A stretch of DNA of 64,000 nucleotides from Blasia pusilla (lineage: Eukaryota), in contig CM114271.1 in assembly GCA_050084515.1 (NCBI GenBank), positions 21,142,001 to 21,206,000 on the forward strand, written 5' to 3'. The notes under the pieces were generated by a model that had not been told where the DNA came from, made no database searches, and saw nothing but the letters and a program-made list of their open reading frames with translations. Below, piece after piece: positions 1 to 10,557 of the stretch. The first letter of the stretch is position 1, and every line of letters begins with the position of its first letter. Both the position numbers and the translations under genes were made by a program.

Positions 1-639
1 GTGGAGTGTTGTCCTTTCAGGATACATACATCCTTGGGTGGAGCGAGTACCACACACTATATCACCCCACATGAGGTTGTGGTGAGGATTGGCTCGGGAC
101 ATCCTACATATGAGTCTGTGGTGTGAGCCAAGGCGATAGTGACCGGTGCAGAGTCCTACGACGTCTTGGTTGGTGGAACAATATTGTACCCGATTGGGTT
201 TTCCTTGGATTACTGGGAGGAGTCAACATCCTACAGACCAGAATGACAGTCGAGTGATCGGCGCCTTAGCTCATTACCCATTCGATTCATCGATGGAATG
301 ATCGAGCAACGGCCAAGAGAGATGGCGACCTTAGCGGCATTTAGCAATGGCCATCACTTGGCCTAGTGATTTCATTGAGGGACATGTCCATGCATAGGAC
401 ACTCCCGTTCGTGAAATTTTTGTGGGGAGGAGTGTCATGGTAGCTGCATCATTCCGTGGAGGAGAGGTGCCGCTTTGGGGCTCGACTGAGGAGCTTCGAC
501 GCTTAGTCGTTAAGCATGTGCAGACTACATGGAGCAAGACGTTTGCACAAGAGCATGATGGGTCAGAGGACCCCGAGGTAGCCAAAAGTGCTACTATGAC
601 CCCTTTGGACACCACTCCAATTATGTGGTGCATCCCAGA

Positions 640-1560
640 GGAGGGTATTCACGTGTTGGATCTCTTTGGAAGGATCAGTTTAGTTGTTGTTTTGCAGGCA
701 ACAGTACCTGTACGTTAAGATTGATGATGTTATGAGGTGCACTTCACGTCACCATATAGCGCAGTTATGCCTCCAATTTCCCGACTTCTTCTTTTTGTCC
801 GCCATGGAGGGGTACCAAAGTTCCCTACTGAGGGACATTTTATTGTTGGGACGCACGACTTGGAGCGGGTAGGGATCATAGACTTGGTCATTGCTGGTTG
901 GCCGTGTGAGGGTCAGTCGAGTGTTGGACAGGGTAGCGGACTCTCCGTCCATGTTATTTTGGGAGATGATGCGGATCTTGCAACACTTATAAGAGCATCG
1001 GTCTTGTTCTCTAGGATGCATTCTACAGAATGTGCCAATTTTGGGCAATTCAAGGTCCCAGGTGGTGACGAGTGCACATTAGGTACGTGCATGGATCAGC
1101 CCGGCACTGTTATTGGATGCGGCGCGTGTAGGTTCACGAGCACATCATCCACGTCTTTCGTGGACCAACTTTATGCCACATGAGGTTTTTTGGAGGGCTT
1201 ATGCGAGAGTGGAGCACCCCTCCCATTTGTTGGTGGATTCTATTCTTGATCCAAGTCGCCGATCATAGGCAGTACGACACGATGATCGACCTCCGTTGAC
1301 TATGGTCAACATGATTGGCATGCCACGAGCAGCTTTTCCCACATTGATGAGTTTTCCCGCTTCCTATGCATTCAAGGAGGTAGGGCCTGGCTTGGTTTGG
1401 GATGACTAGGTACAGCGGTTGGTGGAGCCCAATGCCAATGAGCGAGAGTGAGCGATGGGATTCCTCACACGAGTGATGGCAGTACCGTCACTATAAGAGG
1501 TATCATGACATCATGTCTTGGGTCAGGCGATGGACCTAAAGTGCTTGACATGGATTTTCA
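640..1560 (+). pseudogene. DNMT3-like C5 cytosine DNA methyltransferase domain inside the Gypsy polyprotein (disrupted)
   Basis: Motifs occur in the correct order across frameshifts: I 'IHVLDLFGRIS' (647-679), II 'YLYVKID', III 'LLRDI', IV 'DLVIAGWPCEGQS' (881-919), VI 'WEMMRIL..GCILQNVP' (~960-1037), VIII 'LLDAARVGSRAHHPRLSWTN' (1110-1169), IX 'EPNANERE*AMGF' (1425-1463), X 'LGQAMDL' (1518-1538). Confidence 0.9.
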
Positions 1561-4500
1561 GCTTAGGAGTAGTTGAGCAACGTTGTTTGCGGATGCGACA
1601 GATCACAGTTGTTGCATTGGTGAGCCCCATGCCTACCAAGATGGTTGAGGAAGTGGCTAGGGACGAGACTCGAGGAGATCGACACATCAAGGGTGATCGG
1701 GAGAGACATCCTTGGACTTCTTGGGATGTTTTGCAGGTATGCCACAAGATAATAACCACAGCATCGAGCGTGGTTCCGGGTACTACACGTGGAGATCCAA
1801 GTTTGCAATTGGTTGTAGGGGAGCAATTGAGTCATGTTGTCCGAGATGGGGTTGCACCATAGCAACCACCGACACCCGCGCCGGAGAGTCCTATTCTAGT
1901 AACGATGGAGACTTGGGAGCCAGATATGGGCCCTAAGTTGACAAGAGGAGAGCGGCGCCGGATACACCAGTTTTGTAGGAGTTATTGGAGTTGTTTTGCA
2001 TTTAGCATGCATGATTTGGGTACACTGAAGGTTCCAAGCATACGCATTGAGTTGTCGAGCGACACGCCGATCTTTCGACGACCCTATAGATACAGTGACA
2101 TGGAGAGGGCTTTGATTCATAGTAGGAGCCAAGACTTGGTTGGAGCAGCACTACTGGACATGTTCCATGGAGAGTATGCATCTGCCCCTATCATGCCCGC
2201 CAAGAAGGATGTGTATGGCAACTGGACGGATAGGCGGATGTGTGGAGATTACCGACCTATCAATTGGGAGACAAAGTCTGATAGGTATGCCATGCCCACC
2301 CTTGAGGAGATCTTTGATGCTATTGGGCATGCAACGGTCTTCAATTCCTTAGATCTTTGAGTCGGATACCATCAGCTACCTATCAGATTGGAGAACAGGC
2401 AGAAGACGGCATTTTTGGGCATGGATCCTCACGGGAAGGATTGCTTGTACCAATGGCGGTTCTTACCATTTGGGTTAAGGAACGCCCCCGGTGAGTTTCA
2501 GAGGGTCATGGATAGGATCTTGGCAGGTCGAGATTTTTCTAGGTGTTATATTGATGACATCATAGTCTTTAGCACCACATTTGAAGAGCATAAGTGACAT
2601 CTAGAGGAGGTGTTCCGACGATTGCAATTACATGGACTGAACCTTTATCTATGCAAGTGCAAGTTCTTCTACGACCAGATTGAGTACTTGGGTCATGCGA
2701 TATACCCAGGGGGGCTTGGTGTGCAGCAGACGAAGGTAGAGGCTATTTCACGCATTCCATGCCCAACAGATGTGAGTCAAGTTTGTGCATTCATGGGATT
2801 GGCGAACTTCTATCGACGGTACGTCAAGGGTTTCATTTCAATTGCAAAACTGTTGACCTTGCTAACCAAGGTGGATCAGGATTGGCACTAGGGGGATAAG
2901 CAAGAGAGCATTTTAGCTGCTTAGGGACCGATTGACGTCCACGCCCATATTGAGGAGACCGATCAGGGGGAGTCCTTTCCAGTTGCATACCGATTGGAGC
3001 ATGTTGGGGCTTGGAGACGTACTCACCCAGCATGACGATGAGGGTAAAGAGTTCGTGGTGGCTTACACTAGTCGCTTTAACAACGGTGTAGAGGCGAAGT
3101 ATAGCTCATATGAGGGTGAGTGCTTGGCTGCAGTGTGGGTTGTCATACATTTCAGATGTTATCTATTCGGCAATCCCTTTATCATCATTATTGATCACCA
3201 GCCACTTAAGTGGTTGATGGAGTCCGACAAGCTTACAGGGAAGCTGCAAGGTGAGCTCTTCTGTTGTAGGAGTATGACTTCTAGGTGGTGCATATGCTCA
3301 ACCAAGATGCAGATGGTTTGAGCCGTAATCCATGCCCAAGTTGGCGAGATGCAACTGGAGCTCGTTGGCATGATGAGAGTGATGAGGAGTTGGTGCCATG
3401 ATGGCATGCGTCAGCCTACTTGGGCTTGTTGGCTATGGAGAGCCAGATTGCTGAGACTTCGATGGCAAGGTCTGATGGAGAGTCCTTAGATCCAAAGGCG
3501 GGTGAGGAGACAACATGTGGCCAAGACATTCATGACAATGGAGTGGTCTTGGAGTACCTGCGTATTGGCAGCGTTGCAAGCACAGTGGGTGCTAGAGAGC
3601 AGGATCGGATCCTACAGCGAGCCATACGATTCCGATAGAAGGAGGCACATGTGTTACAAGTTTGGGACGATGGTAGAGTGTGTGTAGTGCCTCATCCTTT
3701 TCATAGAGCACGTTTGGTACGTCATGCCAACGAGGAGTATGGTCATTTTCGAGTGAAGCGGACGTAGAGCTTGCTCCAGATACAGTATAGGTGGCAAGGC
3801 ATGCAGACTAACGTTTAGCAGTTTGTCGCTAGGTGCATGGTTTGTGATCAGGTCCGGGCATCGTTCAATGCTCCGACTCCACAGTTGCATCCACTTTGAT
3901 CATGGATTTAGATTATAGATGGAGTTTGGATTTTGAAGGACCTTTATCTTTGACGGAGCGTCATAGTCATTATGTGTTGGTGATGGTCGAGTACTTCTCG
4001 AAGTGGATAGAGTTGGTTGCATTTCCTGACAAAGCGAGTGAGGGAGTAGCGTATGCTTTCCTAGATAGAGTGTTGAGTCATTACGGCGCACCAGCTGAGG
4101 TGTTGAAAAATGAGGGTACAAAGTTTCACGGGGAGTTTCAAGCCTTGTGTGATCAGGCGTTGATCGATCACCGTACCACTTCGCGAGATCATCCAAAGGC
4201 GGATGGACTAGCAAAGCGGGTTGGGCAGACGGTGAAGAGAGGACTACGCAAGTATGGCTTGCAGAGAGGTCACCTAGGAGATTGGAACCTCCAATTGTCG
4301 TGGTTGGCGATGGGTTACAAATTCCGCAGGAAAGCATCCTTAGCGTCTTTCTCACCGTACCTGCAGCTGTTCGTCAAGATGTTGGTGAGGTGTTGAACCG
4401 TGATGACCGTAATGTATGGATGCGAGCAGGTTCTCAGAGGGCTGAGTTATTTTAGAGAGTGATGCCCATGGCGTTTGAGAACTTGGTGATTGCGCAGCAT

Positions 4501-4784
4501 CGAGGTACGTTGAGGTATGCGACTATTCGGGAAGGTGTTTATCGACCTACTATCCGAAGGTTTCATCATAGAGACTATGTCTACTTGCAGCAGACGCCAC
4601 CCACGACGTTGGATGTGACTCCAAGGCGCACCATCTTGAGAGTGCTTGAGGTTTTGCCATGTGGTGTTCTCTTATTGGAGGCACACAATGCTATGGTGTG
4701 GAAGGATCATTTGCCTAACTATGCGCCATGTCATCTTCCTAACATTGACGATTTTGTTGATCCAAGATCAGCAGTAGTTCCTGC

Positions 4785-4935
4785 ATGCTTGCAATGTATG
4801 TTGTTTGATTGTGCCCGTGGTACAACCATTATGCTAGTCTGTGATGGGTGTTCGAGAGGGTGGCCTATGGCATGTCTGACGCCACCTCTCACCAAGGTTC
4901 CTCAGGGACGATGGATGTGTCCTAGATGTACATAG
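4785..4935 (+). other. PHD finger (C4HC3-like, partly decayed) at the C-terminus of the copy 1 integrase
   Basis: 'CLQCMLFDCARGTTIMLVCDGCSRGWPMACLTPPLTKVPQGRWMCPRC'. The intact pattern is seen in copy 2. Confidence 0.85.
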
Positions 4936-5113
4936 AGTAGGTAGTTCTACATTTTGACTTGTGTCTGTGACATGAATGACAAGAAGGCAACTAACGATGG
5001 GGCCACATTAGCACCCGTCCCTTTTGCTCTCAGCGTTTTAGAGATGTATGTCATGGTAGGTAGGGATGGATGGCTATCTGGATTAGAGGGACCTAACCAC
5101 CAACTACGGGGCG

Positions 5114-5860
5114 ATTGGAGATATTTTGGTACTTCGCGTCTCCTTGTTTGGATGCCTTGAGTTAGCATGGGATTGTGCGCGTTTGTGTGTATATTCATTG
5201 ATAGCGATTTATGTTGTGTAGCGATGTGTAGGCGCACGATAACTTTCATGAATTTTAAGATATATATATTGGCGAGATCTAGTAGAGAGCCTTTGGAGAT
5301 ACTCAAGGACAGTCTCAGGAGGTCGAGGATGACATGTTGAGGCCACGGATAACCTGAGAGAGCACGTTTTCCCTTTGTCTCGGCTCATTTGGAGCCATAT
5401 ACAGAAACTTACTATTTCGGTTAAGTTTCCCTTTGGAGTATAGTTGAATTTCCACTTTGGTAAGTTTCCCTTGACCCGCTACAGCATATCAAGAGCCAAG
5501 GAGATGAGCATAGGTTACCGAGGAGAGAGCTAGGGAGAGGGAAGGGAATATACCTCCAAGAGAGAGAGCTTAAGAGCTCATTCTCTCTTTGTTAAACCTC
5601 TTGGCACGTGGCGGCGGAGCTATGGTCATTCTTGCCTTGTGTGTGTAACCCAAGCCTCTCATTAGGAGAGTCGGTTTGGTTTGACATGAGAGAGTGCACA
5701 CCATGGAGAGATTGGTATGAGACATTGATGTGAGATTGGATAGATTTAACCCCATGCACACGAATCAAACGTTAACGTTACAAAGATGGGATCGTGCGTG
5801 TTTGTGTGTATATTAGTTGACAATGTATGTTGTGTATCGATGTATTTTCATACAAAAACA
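5114..5860 (+). repeat. 3' terminal repeats of copy 1: B1 (~5114-5241), 2-bp spacer, A2 (from 5244), partial B2 (~5786-5860)
   Basis: B1 and B2 both match 8713-8839 ('atgggat.gtgcg.gtttgtgtgt...atgttgtgta.cgatgt'). A2 matches 8195-8700. The junction reads cgcacgata|ac|tttcatg. Confidence 0.8.
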
Positions 5861-5950
5861 TGCATATTGTTAGACAACAAAATTGGAGTAACCATTGCTC
5901 ACAATGCCAACTCCACTCTCCAATCTACATGTCATCATCAAGCCACATCC

Positions 5951-6981
5951 TGTCGCAACCCTCATAACCAAACAACACCAAATAGGCGCCAAGCGAAACA
6001 TCATAACTCAAGGGAACTCACGCTGCGAGGTTTGCACTTTGGAGAGACGTTTGGAAAAGTCTCTTGGAAAAGTCTAAGAGACGAAACGCGGAACAAAGTT
6101 GTGCATTTCATGCGTTAGTGGTCGCGACCAGGAAACCTAGACCCAACGCGAGCCAAGATTTGAGATGAGTTGAGTCTTGGGAGGTTGGTTGCCAAAGAGG
6201 TGAGAACCAATTTGGAACACGACTAGCGTTTGGGAGAATCTGACTATGTTTAGGACCATAACGTTGAGCTCCAAGATGCGTCCGAGGCACGTAAGGGCGC
6301 GTCGGAAATCTGATCTTAAGATGCTTCCGATGCACTAAAGATCTCAGCAAACGCATAAGTACAGGTTGAGATATTAGGGTTTAGGATATTAGAGAGCAAT
6401 CGGGTTGAGGGCCAATTGGAGAGGCCCAAGTGTCTTTCCCTAAATGTAGGGGGCCCCCGGAGATCCCCAGAAGTACTAGTAAGGGAGGAGTCTCTCCGAG
6501 ATGTCTCGGAAAACGAATCCCCACTTTGGGCGCCAAACGGCGTTTCAGAGGCACGGGATGGAACGTGAGTTTGGCGTGGGAACTCGAAACCCAAACCTGA
6601 TCCAAGGGAGTGGACTTTGTACGGCACACTTGGATTCCAACCCGAGATTCACTTCGTGCGAGTCTTGATGAGGAACTCATTGGATGTCCATCGGATAGTT
6701 GGAACCGCTAGGCGCGAAACGCCGTTTCAGGTTCCTGAATCGACCAGAAATTCTGTCCCAAGTCTTTCGAGATTTTCCCGTGTTGTAAACCGCAAAACTA
6801 GGAAGGTTGAGCTTGATGAGAGTCCAAGACGAGAACTCGGAAAGTAATTCCGCTGATTGATCCAAGACCCGACTAACCAAAGTGCGTGTTTGGATGCAGA
6901 TCAGCCTTGAGAGCGTGACCTACTAAATGCACGCTTCCGCAACAAAAAAGATTAACGTTCAAGGAGAGTAGGCGCACGACA
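5951..6981 (+). mobile_element. Solo LTR (~1.0 kb family), 5-bp TSD CATCC
   Basis: Ends TGTCGC...CACGACA with CATCC on both sides. Homologous to 16700-17696 and 38509-39535. Confidence 0.9.
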
Positions 6982-8194
6982 CATCCCCCCTTCACCAGGA
7001 GGGAATTCAAACTCTACAACTCTAGCTCCTATCAAACCCTAGAAGAAAAAGTGCTACCTTGGCTCTACATGAGATGATAAGAAAGATAGTTCTTGAAATC
7101 CATATATCTCCTCACCTCTTATATCCTTGGGAGGAGTTCAAAGAGCTCTCCACACAAATATATCCAAAATTGGTTACCTCCACACATAGATTATCAGATG
7201 ATTGTTGACTTGATTAACATGTCAACTGATCCAAAATAGAAAAGAAAGGGGTTTGGAAAAAATGTTTATCCCAACACATTAGAACTATAACCAATGAACC
7301 TCATCCAATCTCATGGTTTTGCAAAAACTTTAGACTTCAATGCTCTTGGGTACTTGAGCCAATTTCAATCAATTTTTCTATTTTTATGATCCGACAACTT
7401 GTACATAGGTTACCGCCTTACCGGATGACCATTGACTCTATCAACGAGTCATCTTATTGACTAAGAAAAAACTATGAATTTTGTCAAAAATGATATTCCC
7501 GACGCAATAGACTTGTCGCCAACCTCATCCGACATCTCAAGACAAAGTTACACCCAAACAGCCTACTAACCCTCTATGTCATCAATGCGGTAGAACTCTA
7601 CCTGTTTGCTAGCTAAGATCTGGCATACTTAAATAGACCAATAGTGGACAACTCATAGACTTTCCTACTACTCTGTTTCTCTTTTGTCTTTAGTGTTGTT
7701 TAAGTAATTTGCTTCACTTGTTTTCATCAATGAACTGTTGCAATTGCACATGCCTGTTTGAACAATTTTTCCTTGGTTGAATTTTGTGCTTATTATAGTT
7801 GATTGATAGTGTCTCATTGCCCTTTCATGCGATTCTATCACGTAATATTTTGGTTACTTAACTAACTCATTGTGCACTTTCAATGTGCACATTCATCCGT
7901 GTAGAACTGAAAATGTTCATACTCACAATTGCATGTGTTATTTTCTTTTTTAGTTTTCGAGATACACCAAGCACCTTACTTGTGTGATCTCAATCTAGAT
8001 CGTTGTTATTTCAATAAGCTTGTGTTAATGTATACTTGGTGAGCACATGAACCGAGCAAAAGTGGTTAATATCATACATTACCTTTTTCCATTCCTATAA
8101 TGTGTTGTGATCCTCTCTTCTTATCCCTACCATTTTCTGTTAAGTGGATCTCTCCTTGAACTCTGCGCACTTCACTTACTATCATTGTTATGGT

Positions 8195-8839
8195 TGTCAC
8201 GTCTTTTAGAATAGATCGGTGAGATCTAGTAGAGCGCCTTCATGAGTAGTAGAAGACAGGCTCAGTAGGTTAAGGATGACCTGTTGAGGCCCCGGGAAAC
8301 CTGAGTGAGCAGGTTTCCCCTTCGTTTCAGCTCATTTGGAGCCATATTGAGGAACTTATTATTTTAGGTAAGTACCATTTTGAGTATATGATCGACTTTA
8401 TATTTTTGGTAAGTGGCCCTTGGCCTCCTACATCAGATCAAGAGCCAAGGAGGTGACTTGGGAGCATAGGTTACCATGGAGAGAGCTTGGGAGAGGGGAG
8501 GGGTATACCTCAAGGAGAGAGAGCTTGAGAGCTCATTCTCTCTTTGTTGAACCTCTTGGCATGAGGCGGCAGAGTTATGCTCTTGTTTGCCTTGTGTCTG
8601 TAACCAAAGCCTCTCATTAGGAGAATGGGTTTGGTTTGACATTGAGAGAGACATGTGAGAGTGCACACATTTGAGAACTATGGTGTTGTGAGAGAGATTG
8701 GATCTTATTTTATTGGAGATTTTTTGGTACTTCTTGTCTCGTTGTTTGGATGCCATGAGTAAGCATGGGATAGTGCGTGTTTGTGTGTGTGTTCGGTGAC
8801 AACGATGTATGTTGTGTAGCGATGTGTATGCGCACGACA
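8195..8839 (+). mobile_element. Solo A-B terminal repeat of the copy 1 Gypsy family
   Basis: TGTCAC...CACGACA; colinear with 5244-5860; flanks TGGT/TGGC (possible 4-bp TSD, one mismatch). Confidence 0.85.
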
Positions 8840-10392
8840 TGGCTCACGCCAATATGCATTTGCCTATCATCACCCTTATCTATCTCACTATACACAAGAA
8901 ATTCATGATTTATACCAGAGTTTGGTAGGTTAATATGTAAGTAGGTTCACTCACAAAGGTACCTCAATAGACCCCTTATGTAGGCACTTACATTCATGAC
9001 TTGTATATAAAGATCATGGAATGCCCCTGTTGGTAATTCCATGCACTACAATATCCACTCTACATCTTCAAACTCCATCATAAAGTTACATCTTATTTGG
9101 TTATGGTGGGAGGTAAGTCTCTTTGCATGTATATTATTAATGGAGACATTGCCTTGCTTGTTGTTGCTCTATCAAGCATTATGGGTTGTTGTTGTGTATT
9201 ATTGCTACAAAGGCATTGTAAAGATAGCTTGTATCTTCAACATTCTTTGTCTAGTCCACTTCACTTATTTATTCACTCGTGTCTTTGGAGTTGCACTTCA
9301 TCATTGAGATCCTTGCTAGTAGAGGTTGTTGACATCCTTATGCCCTCACCTCGTATAGATGAGGCCATCCCTACTGAACTTGGCTTGATTTGTCTTGCCT
9401 TCACTAACTTTGCTTTACCTCAACTTCCTTTGATTTGACATAGGTACACAAGTAATAACCCCAACCAGGTTTACAAGTTTGCAGTTCAAACGACTCAATG
9501 CCAACCAAGTTGCAAATGGCGTTCTTTATTCATTCCAAGAAAGAGAGGATGGGGAAAAGATATGCAAAAATTCTTTTAATAAATCGGTTTGCTGCCCTTT
9601 GAGAAGCTCATAATCAACTCATCGCTTTCACTACTTTATGGTATCCAACACAACAACTATGTCAAATAGACAAGTTTCCCGCGTTGTATATAAACCTCCA
9701 CTTACATATAGTATTTTTTTAGTTGCCCAGTCCACGAGCTACTAAGAATATTCTTTACAAGGAGGATAGGGGCCACAAACTTCTTTTTAAAAAAATCATA
9801 GTTTACCCCTTATTATTTTAGGAAGAAATTTGTTCTCACTTGTTTTTCCATCCCCATTTCTCAATTAAGAAAAGAAAAACTCTCATTTCAATCCAACTTT
9901 TTTTCAAAATATCGTTTATAAATCCCTCAAAACCAAGCTTGAAAATTGAAAAAAAAAATAGAAATTAACCTCACTTTCATCCTTTTGAAGAACACTTCTT
10001 TTGACACTCTTCTATTATTATATTTTTTCATTTTCCCAAAAAAAATGTAATTTACCTTCCAAAAGAAACTTGAAATTAAAAAACTAAACTAATTTTCCAT
10101 GGTAATTTAAAATATATATTAAATTTTAAAATGGAACAATAAATTCATATGTAAGAGACTAAAAAGCTCATGAAGAGGTAGATAATTTCTCTTAAACCTA
10201 AACATAATCTAAAGATAAAAATATTTATAATTACTTAAATATTTACGGTCCCTGTCACATGTGTCGTCATTTGTTCCTCCACCTAACCTATCCACAAATT
10301 TGATAAATATTTTTTGCCCCTCTCTGAGACTTCATCTAACCTAGCCACATATTTGAAAAGTAATTTTTCCCCCCTACTCTAAGGCTACATTA

Positions 10393-10557
10393 TCTATATT
10401 ATTAAAAGAAGACAGGGTTTGGAGAACCCTCTTCTGGTGTCGACATGAAGGCGTTTTGAAGCCTTCTCGTGTTGACACGTATAAGGGGCTAAGGTACGAT
10501 TGATTATGTGGTAAACGCTCATTTTTTCACCCGCTCAACACGCGGGCAACATACTAA
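10393..10557 (+). mobile_element. Short non-autonomous Helitron-like element
   Basis: A|TCTATATTATTAAAAGAAGACAGGGTTT...cccgctcaacacgcgggcaacataCTAA|T, i.e. 5' TC, subterminal hairpin, CTRR end and A/T target. Related to 16209-16360. Confidence 0.6.

Larger units (their letters stand above)
1..5860 (+). mobile_element. Degenerate Ty3/Gypsy retrotransposon, copy 1 (PR-DNMT-RT-RNaseH-IN-PHD); 5' end lies outside the window; 3' end has B-A-B repeats
   Basis: Protease C-terminus 'YDVLVGGTILYPIG' (~150-245); RT 'RMCGDYRPIN', 'LPFGLRNAP', 'YIDDIIVFS' (1905-2890); RNase H 'FQLHTDWS..GLG', 'YEGECLAAVW' (2932-3320); integrase 'WSLDFEGPL', 'GLAKRVGQTVK' (3700-4400); PHD at the end. Many stops and frameshifts. 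Confidence 0.95.
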
